Origin: Octopus bimaculoides
Lineage: Eukaryota
DNA: 64,000 nucleotides
Direction of reading: 5' to 3'
Assembly (NCBI RefSeq): GCF_001194135.2
Contig: NC_068984.1
Location: forward strand, 117,641,671-117,705,670
Shown: positions 36,615 through 50,370 of the stretch, piece after piece
How positions within the stretch are numbered: the stretch's first letter is position 1
Layout: the number at the start of each line of letters is the position of its first letter
The notes under the pieces: generated by a model
Databases searched by the model: none
What the model was told of the DNA's origin: nothing
Seen by the model: only the letters and a program-made list of their open reading frames with translations
Made by a program: the position numbers and the translations under genes

Positions 36615-37831
36615 GTATTCTGTAGTGCCTAGGATCATCATCATCATCCTCCTCCTCATCATCATCATGATTATTTTACCATGCTAGTATGGGTTAGATA
36701 GGTCTGACATCTTGCCAATTTCCATGGAGCTTTGCTTCTCCTGGCACTACAGCAGAAAAAAAAGAAATACCAGCCAACTCTTCTACAGTGTATGCCAGTA
36801 TTTTGGCATGGTTTCCATAGCTAGATACTCCTCCTATTATTTATTCATCAACCACTTAACAGTTCAGATTGGGTGCATTTTGTTATGCCACCAGCACCAG
36901 TAAGGTTGTCCAGGACAAGACAAGAGTCCTCCTCACCTTACATTGCCTGTTTGTTTTTTGCCTTTTGACATAGATCTTACAACTAAATGCCTGTCCTAAC
37001 ACAAACTTCTTTATGGTATGGACTGGATATATTCTGTCATACTATCTACAGCAAATAATTATCTGATGGATATGAAACATTTTGATGTAATCGTTTCGAC
37101 CCTACATATTTAGTGTAACTGATTTGATGCTGGTGCTTTTGTACTAGTGATCTTTCAGTATTGTGAAACTTTTTGTTTTGGTTCTAGTTGGCAACTAATT
37201 TGTATTCACAGCTACAAAACTTCCCAACAATTAAACTTCATTTAACTTTCTGCTTCACTCTGTGTATATAATCGCTGGTGAAATATACATGAAATATGGA
37301 GAAGAAAAATATTCTCACAATGGACTTCTGTATATCTTTAACAAAGAAGAACTAACTGAATACTATAAGTTTTGGTGTTGTAAGTAGAAAAGCAGAGAAA
37401 TCAGAGAGAGAGAGAAGTGGGGAGAGAAAGAGAGACAGAAAGGGGAGAAAGCATTAAAATTTATTGCTTACAATGCCAAAATGTACTGTCACCAAACCAA
37501 ATTGAATGTCCAGTCAGCCATGCCAAATTGCTAGATTCCAAACAGCCACACCCAATCGTCTCTCTAGTTATCTTACAGATTACCATGAATAGTTGTTATA
37601 TTCAAAAATGTAGCCAATCAATGAAATATTCAGTATATGCAAATGTTTCATGAAGCCAAAGAGATTCTTGAATGCTAAGATATGGTGCTTTTTATAGAGC
37701 TAAGTAGATGAGATTTAAATCTACACCTGGACTGGGAGTTGGTCTATTAACAGTAAGATTTCTAGATATATAATATTTCTATATATATATGTAATGAGTT
37801 ATCCAAAATTCTGACTATCTCCTTTTTGTTA

Positions 37832-37878
<47 letters not shown>

Positions 37879-38114
37879 TGTGTATTTGTATATAGTTATG
37901 TTGTATTTCATTAGGAATATGTTAGAGTACAGTATAGACAGAGCTTGTCCACCTTCAGAATAACCCAGTAGAATAGGTAGTATTATTATATATTTCAAAC
38001 CCTAAAATTGGGAAAATCTTGGAGAACTACGTCATGTCGAAACAATTGCAGTGAATAATAAACAAATGTCCAACTATATTCCCTCTTCCGGACTCCAATT
38101 TTTCTTCAATTATA

Positions 38115-38164
<50 letters not shown>

Positions 38165-38220
38165 AATATACATAAATATGGATACATATATATATATGTA
38201 TGTATTTACATATACATATA

Positions 38221-39104
38221 TAGTCTAATCAATAAGTATCCGGCCTGTTGCTATAGTAACAAAGCTAAAGCATGCAGAGTGAAGCGTCTGGGTACAGATT
38301 GACCTTAAACTCTGCTGTACATGCGCACTAAGTTTTATCATTCTAGATCGCTTTCACTGTTTACAGCAGTGCTTGGAAGGAAGGTGTGTAGCGTGTGATC
38401 ATTGCATTGACCACGACAGAGAAAGTTGAGCAGGGAAACTGCATCAAATTTTACCAAAGCTTGGCAATACCTGCTCAGAAGCCTATGCAAAGTTTTCAAA
38501 AAGGTTTCATCCTTCTCGACACAATCAAGGAGATATTGTGCAGCTGAAACCCGAGTGTCTTTTTGGTCAGCTAAAAGCAGTTTTGGAACAAACTTGGCAG
38601 ACACACATCTCATACCCAAATCTTCAGTGATAATGGACTGAACTGAACCGTAACTAATCTGCACATCCTCTGATACCCTGTGGATTTGACAATTTCCTCT
38701 CACAGCTCTACACGCATCTGTAATGTTTTTCTCAGTTCTGCTGGTGGCGGGCCTCCCAGAACATTCGTCAATATCATTTTGCAGCCATCTTGGAAACGTC
38801 TGAACGATTCATACATTTGTGTATGGCTCATACACACCAGTCCATACACTTTCTGCAACTTTGCATAGGTCTCTGAACAGGTATTGCCATGACATCTTTC
38901 TCTGTCATGGTCAATATAATGATCGCCCGCTACACACCTTCCTTCCAAGCACTGCTGTAAACAGTGGAAGTGAGCTAGAACATTAAGACTTAGTGCACAT
39001 GCACAGCAGAGTTCAAGGTCAATCTGTGCCATGTGGCATTACTCTGCGTGCTTCAGTTTTGTTACTATGGGAACAGCCCAGATACTTACTGATCAGACCT
39101 TGTA
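38221..39104 (-). mobile_element. Rearranged non-autonomous mariner: transposase N-terminal half flanked by ~250-270-bp inverted arms
   Basis: TIR TA-CAAGGTCTGATCAGTAAGTATC; minus translation GNTCSETYAKLQKVYG...ESFRRFQDG (frameshift)...ISYGSVQSIITEDLGMRCVSAKFVPKLL...ETFLKT (WVPHEL-like motif), then an inverted copy of the 5' end replaces the DD34D domain. Confidence 0.92.
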
Positions 39105-39125
39105 CATACATACATACATACATAC

Positions 39126-39448
39126 ACCATCATCATCATCGTCATTTAATGTCCGCTTTCCATGCTGGCATGGGTTGGACAGTTTGACTGAGGACTGGCA
39201 AGCCAGGAGGCTGCACCAGGCTCCAATCTGATTGGCAAGGTTTCTACAGCTGGATGCCCTTCCTAACGCCAACCACTCTGAGAGTGTAGTGGGTGCTTTT
39301 TATGTGCCACTGGCATAGGGACCAGTCAGGCGGCACTGGCATCGACCATGCTCAAATGGTGCTTTTTACGTGCCACTGATATGGGAGTCAGTAAGGCGGT
39401 ACTGGCATCGGTCACGCTCAAATGGTACTTTTTACGTGCCACTGACAT
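39126..39448 (-). mobile_element. Family C retroposon with internal subrepeats
   Basis: (CAT)n-CGTCATTTAATGTCCGCTTTCCATGC...GGATGCCCTTCCTAACGCCAACCACTC; repeated CAGT(C/A)AGGCGG(C/T)ACTGGCATCG unit. Confidence 0.88.
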
Positions 39449-40077
39449 GTATATATATAAAGATTGCAGCATGAGAGACACATATTAGCCATTCAAAAAC
39501 ACCACAAAGATTTCCTAATTTCACATTTATTATTTCTAATTTGGTGTCAAAATTTCCATCGCATGAACCGCGACCTGGTCACTGACAGCGTATGTTTCTG
39601 TATGGCTAAAATGTGTTTTTCACATTGTAATCATTTTAGTTTCAGCACAGGGCCCAAGATCAAATCATTTGCCTGGCAAGAATACACTTCAAAAAAATAT
39701 ATATACATATACATCAATAAACAGTGAATGTGTTTAGTGTATAATAATAGAATAAACTAGATGGATAGACCAACCAATATTGCTGGATTTTTGTTACAGC
39801 TGTTGCCTGGTGTTGTTAGGTCTTTAGACATTGACATAGTTAATCATCTTCTGGGACAATAAGAGCACAAATCAACAGATGTTACCTAAATTGTATAGTG
39901 ATTAAAACATCAGACAAAAGGCTAAATATAGCACAAATACAAAATGAAAGAGTGATAAAGAAAAACCGGGAACAGATAGATAAATATGAATAATTACAAT
40001 TACAATTTTCGTTTTATGTATAATTTTCTTTTTATGTATAAGTAACAAGCAATCTATTGCCAAATCCATATCTGAGT

Positions 40078-40395
40078 GAAGGCACATGGCTCTGTAGTTA
40101 GAGTGTCAGGCTCACAATCATGAGTTAGTGAGTTCAATTCCTAGACCGGGCTGTGTGTTGTGTTCTTGAGCAAGACACTTTTATTTCACNNNNNNNNNNG
40201 CTGTAGAAATGAGTTGCGATGTCACTGGTGCCAAGTTGTATCGGCTTTTGCTTTCCCTTGGATAACATTGGTGGTGTAGAGAGGGGGAGGCTGGCATGCA
40301 TGGGTGACTTCCATGAACAACTTTGCTTGGACTTGTGCCTCGGAGGGCAACTTTCTAGGTGCAATCCCATGGTCATTAATGACTGAAGGAGGTCC
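40078..40395 (+). mobile_element. CORE-type tRNA SINE family F
   Basis: GGCACATGGCTCTGTAGTTAG, GAGTTCAATTCC, GTGTTCTTGAGCAAGACACTTTTATTTCAC, then a distinct 3' half. Confidence 0.8.
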
Positions 40396-40627
40396 TTACC
40401 CTTTTTACTATATCTGCTATATCTGAGCACTGTAAGCCAGTCTGTGGTGTGTTAAATAATTTCACCCATATGCCAGGATACCACGTCTATTCTACCAAAT
40501 AATTTATTCCTGATACTGACAGACATCCACATCATCATCATTTACATCTTCATTTCCAGGCTGGAATGAGTTAGATTAATTGTCACTGAATAAATTAGTT
40601 TTATTCAGAATGACTGCTCTCCTCTTC

Positions 40628-40740
40628 TAAACAACTTACGGGCATATGGCATAGTGGTTAAGAGCGCGGGCTACTAACCCCAAGATTCCAAGTTCGATTC
40701 CAAGCAGTGACCTGAACAATAATAATAATAATAATAACAA
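40628..40740 (+). mobile_element. Short tRNA-head-only SINE with (AAT)n tail
   Basis: GGGCATATGGCATAGTGGTTAAGAGCGCGGGCTACTAACCCCAAGATTCCAAGTTCGATTCC: A and B boxes and an anticodon-like arm, but no paired T or acceptor stem. Confidence 0.75.
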
Positions 40741-41126
40741 CATTGAAAAATNNNNNNNNNNNNNNNNNNNNNNNNNNNNNNNNNNNNNNNNNNNNNNNNN
40801 NNNNNNNNNNNNNNNNNNNNNNNNNNNNNNNNNNNNNNNNNNNNNNNNNNNNNNNNNNNNNNNNNNNNNNNNNNNNNNNNNNNNNNNNNNNNNNNNNNNN
40901 NNNNNNNNNNNNNNNNNNNNNNNNNNNNNNNNNNNNNNNNNNNNNNNNNNNNNNNNNNNNNNNNNNNNNNNNNNNNNNNNNNNNNNNNNNNNNNNNNNNN
41001 NNNNNNNNNNNNNNNNNNNNNNNNNNNNNNNNNNNNNNNNNNNNNNNNNNNNNNNNNNNNNNNNNNNNNNNNNNNNNNNNNNNNNNNNNNNNNNNNNNNN
41101 NNNNNNNNNNNNNNNNNNNNNNNNNN

Positions 41127-41162
<36 letters not shown>

Positions 41163-41388
41163 TACACAAACACACATGTATACATGCATGCACATAAAAC
41201 AATTATATAATTCAGACTCACATAAACAAATGTTGTGAAATAAGTAAGAAATGAGAAAAATGATGAAGAGCAGATGAGTGATGGTTCATGACACCTAAAG
41301 AATAATATAGGTCAGTCAGTATTGAAAAATGCCGGAAATCTAAAAGTGAAAACTGCTAGCATTGAAAATCCTAGAAGCTACTTGAAAA

Positions 41389-41425
<37 letters not shown>

Positions 41426-41670
41426 TATATAAAATAAAAAGAAAATGCTGTATATTTTGTTGAAGTCGGTTCCCAGTCACTTATAAACCAACCAATCATT
41501 GAGTAGAATTTGGTAGAAATTTTGAATAACTAGAATGTATTTCAATAACTGCTGATCTGGTGTAATTGATGATTCATCTAGCAACACTTGAATTCTTGGT
41601 ATACTCTTAAATGTCAAACTGTTTTGCTAAGATATTCTCTAATCTTAGAAATAATGATAATAATAATAAC

Positions 41671-41701
<31 letters not shown>

Positions 41702-41725
41702 GTAATGATAATGATAATAATAATA

Positions 41726-42262
41726 GGCAGTAGCTCTCATGGCCTCTGATCTTAAGTGATTGGAAGTGTTATCATGTACATGTTTTGTCTTAGTATAAAA
41801 GATGGACTACAGCAAACATTCTGCTCAATGCCACAGATTTGCTTGTCAGTTGTTTGACAGTAACCAGTTCAGCATGTCCTTTGGTGGTTGACGATATCTG
41901 CATCTCTGATCACAGGCAGAAGTAGTGAAGATGCATCCTAGCCAAGTGTTGTGAGTAATTCTTTGGGATTTAAATAATTCACATCTGGAAACATGGGTGT
42001 TTCGTTCAACATCATTAAACAACCCTTATTCAGGGACCTTTTGAGCAGGATGTGCTACTCAACCCAAAGAAAATTTTAACCGGGCCCTACCTACAAGGTC
42101 ATGTGCTGTTTATCTTGATATGAGATCACCATGTCATGCATATATGATTGTGATGCATGTGCCTGGTGTACCCTTATCAGATGGGTAGTCATGATGGGTA
42201 TATCGAGTTATGTATATTTGTACCCTAGTGTCACTTTGATGGCATGCACTACTCTCCTACTC
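41726..42262. mobile_element. Second near-full copy of the (TAA)n-flanked element
   Basis: Collinear with 26245-26800, lacking ~18 nt at the left end; TAA repeats on both sides. Confidence 0.9.
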
Positions 42263-43099
42263 AATTATAATAATAATAATATGCATGTGTATATGTGTGT
42301 GCATTTGTATGCATATATAACTGTAAAATCAAGTCATTAGAGGTTACAGCTAAATGGAATTTCATAGATCCAATAACGATAATCTTCGCAGGAACAGAGC
42401 CAAAATCTAACTCCAGTACACAAAAGAGTGAGAATGTTTCCTTGAATGCCAACAGGTGACAAGTTAAATGTTTGCAGTAGAAGCTGGGTGATTTAATAAA
42501 TAACTTCTGTGTTGGTTATCAAATAGAATTCAATATATATTTTAAAAAAAGATTAGGTCAATAAAAAATAATCATAAGAAAAATAACTAAAAAAACTGGA
42601 ATACAAAATATGAAAAAAAAAAAAAACGGAATCCTTCCTGTCTTGATAATGATTAGCTTAATTGCTTTATAAAATCCTTTGCTTAGCAGAAATGTCTGGA
42701 GACATTTGGCACAACATGAGGAAATTAAATGGAATTTTCATTTATATACATATAAATAGTCCTCTCTGAAATTATCTATGTAAATAAATACAGATGTGTT
42801 TCAATGATTATAGTAAAAAACTAAATGAGAGTACTTCATGATAAATATATTTGTAATTGCCGATACATAATGTACAAATTGTGTTTTTGTAAAAATATAT
42901 ATATCATTATCATTTTAATATGCACTTTCCCATGCTAGCATGGTTTGATGGTGTTCATTGGGCCAAATTGTCTACAGCTGGAGGCTCTTCCTGCTGCCAA
43001 TCCTCACCTGTTTCCAAATATGATAATTCATATTAACATACATATTCTGTATATTTTTTATGTATGCATATATTCTTTTATTCCTATAATTGTTTCAAT

Positions 43100-43454
<355 letters not shown>

Positions 43455-43472
43455 TAGATATTTGTATATATG

Positions 43473-43515
<43 letters not shown>

Positions 43516-44179
43516 AAGAAAAAAGAAAGAATATATAAATATATATATATGTGTATGTATATATAAAAGCTGAAATATTTGCATAAGATCAATATTGTGT
43601 TAAGAATAGAATTAAGCCACTTGTATGCCATATCTGTAACTTAACTTTTCTCTCCTAATTAAATATTTTTTTCAATTACTTAATACTCCTAATTATCTGG
43701 TCAAAGTATACCCCACATTTCTTTGCAAGAAAGTAACCATCATTTTTTGAAAGCTAAAGAGAAAAAAAGAAAAAAAACTATGGATTTATACAGTTCTGCT
43801 TACCCTATTCTTCATCAATCATTACTTTTACTCTTCTTTCTTTTTAACGAATTCGGTTAGCTCTCGTTATAAGCCGATTAGCAAAATAGAAATATGTTAT
43901 GTTGCTCTTATCTATACCAAGATTTATACCAGGAATCAATGACAAATGTTCCCCATAGCATATATTGATTTTTCCATGTCTTGATATCACTGAAGAATGT
44001 GAAAAATAAACAATCATTATCATCATCACCATCATTATCATCATCACCATCATTATCATTATTATCGTCTTTTAACATCTGTTTTGAATGTTGGCATGTG
44101 TTAGATGGTTTGACAGGATGCAACAAACCAGAGGACTGTGTTGTCTTCTGTAACATAGTTTCTGTGGCTAGATGGTGAA

Positions 44180-44493
44180 AGTGTGGGGCTTAGTGTTTCA
44201 GGATATTCAATTCACAATTATAAGTTTGTGAGTTCAATTACTGGTGGTATGTTATCTCCTTGGGCAGAGTACTTTATTTCACATTGCCCCAGTCCACTCA
44301 GCTGGCAAAAGTGAGTAGTACCTGTATTTCAAAGGAGTCAGTCTTGTCCCATTCTGTATCATGCTGAAGTGAACTACGTTAGGAGTACATATGTCTGTGG
44401 AGTGCTCAGCCACTTGCATGTTAATGTCATGAGCAGGCTGTTCTGTTGATCAGATCAACTGAAACCCTTATCATTGTAATTGATGGAGTGCCA
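44180..44493 (+). mobile_element. CORE-type SINE family E (CORE head plus family D tail)
   Basis: GAGTTCAATT B box, CCTTGGGCAGAGTACTTTATTTCAC, then GTCTGTGGAGTGCTCAGCCACTTGCA...GATCAACTGAAACCC...GGAGTGCC as in 33205-33593. Confidence 0.8.
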
Positions 44494-44868
44494 TTTTTTA
44501 CAGCTGGAAGACTATCCTAATGCCAACTACTGTACAGAGTATACTGGGTGCTTACTTCATTGCATCAGTACTGGCGAGGTCACCATGTAATTTACATTGC
44601 TAAGATCCCTTTTGACTCAGAGGGACTACAATAGAGGAGGAGGCAGCAGCTTTACACCAGGTGATAAAAAGTTACAGTATGAGAGAAAGAGCCCAGAACA
44701 AGATTCTAGCTGTCAAGGAGGTAACACAATGCATAATAATAATGTTTATATCGTAGATGTTAACAACAAATTCATTTTAATTTCCAATGTCATAGACAAA
44801 CACTAAAATCCACTATCAAATGGGAAATATAATTTCATTTGCTATTTCTGATTCTAAAAGAAGACTAC

Positions 44869-44899
<31 letters not shown>

Positions 44900-45029
44900 T
44901 GTATGTATGTATGTATGTATGTATGTGTGTATGTATGTATGTATGTATGTACGTATGCATGCATGCATGCATGTATATATGTATGTATGTATGTGTTTAT
45001 CTGTCTGTCGGTATGTATGTGTCTGTCTG

Positions 45030-45076
<47 letters not shown>

Positions 45077-45597
45077 GTCTATCTATCTACCTACCTACCT
45101 ACCTACTTGTCTATCTGCCAGTCTATCTATCTGTCTGTCTGTTTGTCTGTCTATCTATCTATCTATACACACACATATATACATCCATATACATACATAC
45201 ATAGCAACACACACACATACATATACACACACACATTTAATAACTATATTATGCCTATCTTAATTGCATGAAACCACCTAAGAGGGTTATTAAGTTCTCT
45301 GAATCAAATGTTTGTACATATTTCTTTAATCTATAGCATAATTTTTTTATTCTATTTTGCATATTGGTATAATTTTTCATTCTTTTTGTTGTTAAGTAAC
45401 TTCTAGCAAGCTTTTTCTTCGCACATTATTTACTTATTGTTTTCTTTTCATTTTTTTTTTTTCACTTCACAATGAATAATGCCAACCAATATAATGTATC
45501 CTCTTATTTTTTTCTTTCATATCTGCTACAATAAATTATAAACAAATATAAACTGTCAAAACAAATAACAACAGATAAACCTTTTATCCTAAACTAC

Positions 45598-45632
<35 letters not shown>

Positions 45633-45808
45633 CACATACACACATGTACATACATACATATATATATGTATATACACATAAATACATACATACATACATA
45701 CATACATATACATACATGTATGTGTGTATGTGTGGAGAGAGAGTGAAAGAGACAGAGAGTAGATAAAAGCAAAGCATTCCCTTGAAATAAATCACGACCA
45801 AATATTTA

Positions 45809-45854
<46 letters not shown>

Positions 45855-45985
45855 ATTCATTGCTTCTGCTTCTTTCTATTTTTGCATGAAACCCCACAGC
45901 CGGAATAGAAATGAATTTCACAAAAACGAAACAGTATGCATGTGTCTGTTAGTGTGTATGAACACAAACACACATACACAGATAG

Positions 45986-46016
<31 letters not shown>

Positions 46017-46959
46017 CATAGATATAGATAAACTGATAGACAGTTAGACAGAAAGATAGATAGATAGACTAGATACATATGCTATATACACATATACATG
46101 CATATATGTATGTATGTATATATATGTATGCATGTATGAATATATACATCAATACATATATATATCTGTATGNNNNNNNNNNNNNNNNNNNNNNNNNNNN
46201 NNNNNNNNNNNNNNNNNNNNNNNNNNNNNNNNNNNNNNNNNNNNNNNNNNNNNNNNNNNNNNNNNNNNNNNNNNNNNNNNNNNNNNNNNNNNNNNNNNNN
46301 NNNNNNNNNNNNNNNNNNNNNNNNNNNNNNNNNNNNNNNNNNNNNNNNNNNNNNNNNNNNNNNNNNNNNNNNNNNNNNNNNNNNNNNNNNNNNNNNNNNN
46401 NNNNNNNNNNATATATATATATATATACACACATACACATATGTATATAACTCTATACACATACATGCATATATGTATGTATATACATTATATACATTGC
46501 TATCCCTTCTAGAAATAGTATATATACATGTCTGACAGTGTTTCTCTTAGTTTTGATCAGAACCACATTATAGTCTGATACAATCCTTTCAACTGTGCTA
46601 TTTGTATTGCTTCTTTTTGTTATTGTTTTTAAATATGTAAAAATATTGATTTTCAACAGGGTCTTTTTAATTTTTTTTTTTACATTTATTTATTTTTTTT
46701 TTTTTCTTGTTTTGCTTTAGATAAAATAGATTTATAAATGCATAGTAAGTAACAAACAGTGTTAAGTAAAGCTAAATATATTTGATAACAACAGCAAAAA
46801 GCACAACTATGTAATGCATAGAATGAAATGATGTCTATGTTTTTTGATAACATTTTTCAATGCAAAACAAAACAGAAACCAAAATAAGGAAAACACATAC
46901 ATACACACACATACAATCAAGATTTTAAAATATAAAATGAACCCAACATCACTAGTGCC

Positions 46960-47220
46960 ATAACCATCACGACCACTGCACCACCACCACTACCACTACC
47001 ACCACCATTGTCATCATCACCACCACCAACATCACCACTACTACTGCAGCATCATCACTACCACCACCACCACCACCACTGCCACCACCACACTATCACT
47101 GCTGTTGTCACCACTGCCACCATCAACACCAACACCATCATCACCAACACCACCAACACCACCACCACCACTACCGCCATCAGCATCACTGCCATCATCA
47201 ACACCATCACCACCACTGCC
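46960..47220. repeat. (CAC/CCA/CAT) low-complexity tract
   Basis: Direct inspection; source of the poly-H/T ORF. Confidence 0.9.
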
Positions 47221-47555
47221 GACTCAAAGAAAAAAAAGCATTATATAAAAATAAATACAGCCAAAAGAAAAAAAATTGATGATTAAGCTTCTTTCAAATA
47301 AACTAAAATTCAAGTAGAACTTTTTTGTTACAAGTAAATTTTAATAACAGGAGCTGTTTCCAATATCTTAATATAATAGAAGCTCTGTGTATGTGTGTGT
47401 GTGTGTGTGACGGGTTGGGGGTGGGGTTTTTTTTCAATTTAATTATTATTTATTTTAACTTTGCAGGATGAAAATAGCAGGTCTAACTCTTTCATGTTAC
47501 GAGCATTGCTGCCAGTAATCTTGGATGGATACTGTATGAAGCCAATCCTTTTCAG

Positions 47556-48586
47556 TGATCACAAGAATCCATAATGTTTAAATCCAATTTGTATAACAGG
47601 GAGAGGCTACTGTAGGTAGATTTTCCTTGTAAGAAGCATGCTTGGATGTCTGAGAGTTGAATACCATCTAGTAACCCTTAAAGCTGTCTGGTGACTTGCA
47701 TGGTGAACAAAAGTTGTGCACTGTCATTATCCAATGATCGCAAAAATCCATAGTGTTTAAATCCAATTTCTATTAGTGATTATTGTAAAAAGTTTGTCTG
47801 TCTGTTGGAGCAAGAAAGGGCATGTAGTCACCCTTAACAATGTCTGATGATTTGCATGGTGAACAAAAGTTGTGCATTGTCAATATCCCATGATCATAAG
47901 AATCCATAATGTTTAAATCCAATTTCTATAAGAATAAGTTACTATTCTAGGTAGATTTTCCAATAAGAAACATGTTTATCTGCCAGAGTGATGAAGAGCA
48001 TGTAGGCTGTTTGATGACTTGTGCTGTGAACAAGAGTTGTGCATTGTCAAAATTCAATGATCACAAGAATCCATGATGGTTAAATACAATTTCTATAATA
48101 ATAATAGGTGGCTACTGCAGGTAGATTTTCTTATAAGAAGTATGTTTGTTGGAGCAACAAAGAGCATGTAGTCACCTTTAAATTTGTCAGATAACTTGCA
48201 CAGTAAATAAGAGTTGTGCATTGTCAATATCCAATGATCATAAGAATCCATTATGGTTAAATCTAATTTTTTTAATAAGTGACTATTGTAGGAAGATTTT
48301 CAAGTAAAAAGCATATTTGTCTGTTGGAGCAACAAAGAAGATGTAGTCACCCTTAAGGATGTCAAATGTTTTGTGTGGTGAACAAGAGTTATGCACTGTC
48401 AATATCTCAATGATCACAAGAATCCATAGTATTTAAATCCAATTTCTATAATAATAAGTGACTATTATAGGTATATATTCCTATAAGAAGCATGTTTGTC
48501 CGTCAGCAATGAAGAATATGTAGTCACCCTTAAAGATGTCTGATGATGACTTGTGTGGTGAACAAGAGTTGCATGCTGTCAATATC
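47556..48586. repeat. Diverged tandem array, ~6 units averaging ~171 bp
   Basis: TGATC(A/G)(C/T)AA(G/A)AATCCA at 47556, 47735, 47891, 48058, 48235, 48411 (periods 179, 156, 167, 177, 176). Confidence 0.92.
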
Positions 48587-49531
48587 ATTCTCTCATCCAT
48601 GACTATGTTCAGTCCAGGGTAAGACCAAGTCAAGATGACCAGGGATAGAGATGGATACTGTTGCATAAGTGCAGGAATTAAATTTGCTTAGTGGGTACAA
48701 ACCCAGGTCTAAAACCCAGGATGTTCAAAGAGTTTTCATTGTTCCATAAAAATTTTAGGGAAGGGTGCTTTGCACCTGCTGCTCCCCCTGTTATTGAGCC
48801 AATGTGCAGTGGATGACCAAGAGGTCTTACTCTTTTGCCTCATCTTGCTTTCTGTTCTCCACAGTGTGTTTGCTGCAGCCACATTCGCCTCTGTTGAACC
48901 ATGACAATTTCATCCGCAGCGTCTGCTGGATCCAGCCTTCACATGCATAGTTGGGCAAGCCCTAACATTCTAATTAACCTAAAACTGGGACCTTGATAGA
49001 TGTTACTACTCTGACGATAATAGTGAGTAAAAGGAGGTTCCACACTCTTCATGACCCTGGAACACCTGACACAGGATCCCACAACCAGATGCAATTTAAA
49101 TTGATACCCTTGACACAAAGAACTTTGGAACTAAGAGCAACAACACCATATACTATAGTTCTATGCTAACCAGTTACACAATATACTTTATGTAATTATA
49201 GCTAAGTAGTTTTGACTATTGGTAGTGAAGCATTATCTCTCAGTGGACATGGTATTTGTATTTTCTGTATCAAACACAGAAATTCTAATGAAATTTTGGC
49301 AGTTGCCATCTTCATAGACTTTGAAAGGCTTGCCATATTAATTTCTGACATAGATGCCAAGATTGAAATTTATAATACCATGCAAGTGTTATTTGCTCAA
49401 TGGAAACTGTACAGAAGCCTCTTGTATAAATAGTTCACACATGCACACACCAGTTGAGAATTGACTGTTTGAAGAAAGAGTACTCAATGCTGTAGTAGAA
49501 ATTAATAACACATTTATTTTCATCAACTCAG

Positions 49532-49623
49532 CCTCTTGTCTGCTGGAGTTTTACCAGTATATTCACTGGGGTCACCTGGCAAGTTATGACTGTGTTATGA
49601 ATCGTAATTTGTCCGATGATCCT
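49532..49623 (+). CDS. Candidate internal exon (SCLLEFYQYIHWGHLASYDCVMNRNLSDDP), phase 1 to 0
   Basis: Acceptor catttattttcatcaactcag, donor CT/GTGAGT, 92 nt, other two frames closed; non-repeat context. Confidence 0.5.
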
Positions 49624-50067
49624 GTGAGTACACAAACAAAACTCCAGAGTAATAAGAAAAACATAAATCATCATATCATCATCATTTTCATCATCATCAT
49701 TTTCATCATCATCATTTTCATCATCATCATTTCAATGTTCACTTTTTTATGCCAGCCTGGGTTGGGTAGATCAGTATGGTTCACGAAAGCTCTTATTCAG
49801 AATTATTGCCCTCTTAGACAGGCTGAAAAACTATACCTCATGAGTACTTTTTCATTAATGGGTTAGTTTCAATGGCTGGATGTCCACCTACCAATCACTA
49901 CTTTACAGAGTTTACTGAGTGCATTTTATCATACATATATTTGTATGTTTAAATGTAGCCTTTATTTTATTAAAATGGAAGCTGTGGGTTTGTCTCACAT
50001 CTTGAGTTTCACACCACTGGTATTGGTGGGTATACATAAATACATATACATGCATACATACATACAT

Positions 50068-50135
<68 letters not shown>

Positions 50136-50145
50136 NNNNNNNNNN

Positions 50146-50169
<24 letters not shown>

Positions 50170-50183
<14 letters not shown>

Positions 50184-50289
50184 TATATGTATGCAGTTTG
50201 GTACTTGCTCTCATTGTGATATTTGTGATTCTTGCATTGTAGACAGGGCTTTTTGTTTCATACATACATACATACATACATACATACAT

Positions 50290-50320
<31 letters not shown>

Positions 50321-50324
50321 TATG

Positions 50325-50370
<46 letters not shown>

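Noticed and set aside
37235-37379. Open frame MKYGEEKYSHNGLLYIFNKEELTEYYKFWC before GTAAGT
   Set aside because: No usable acceptor in the open part (in-frame TAA at 37232); plausible by chance.
40628-40700. Functional tRNA gene
   Set aside because: T stem and acceptor stem do not pair, the ACT anticodon is atypical, and an (AAT)n tail follows; treated as a SINE.
48864-49022. Exon after the strong acceptor ...ttctgttctccacag
   Set aside because: All frames close before any good donor; the GC-richer sequence is more likely a decayed TE that I cannot classify.
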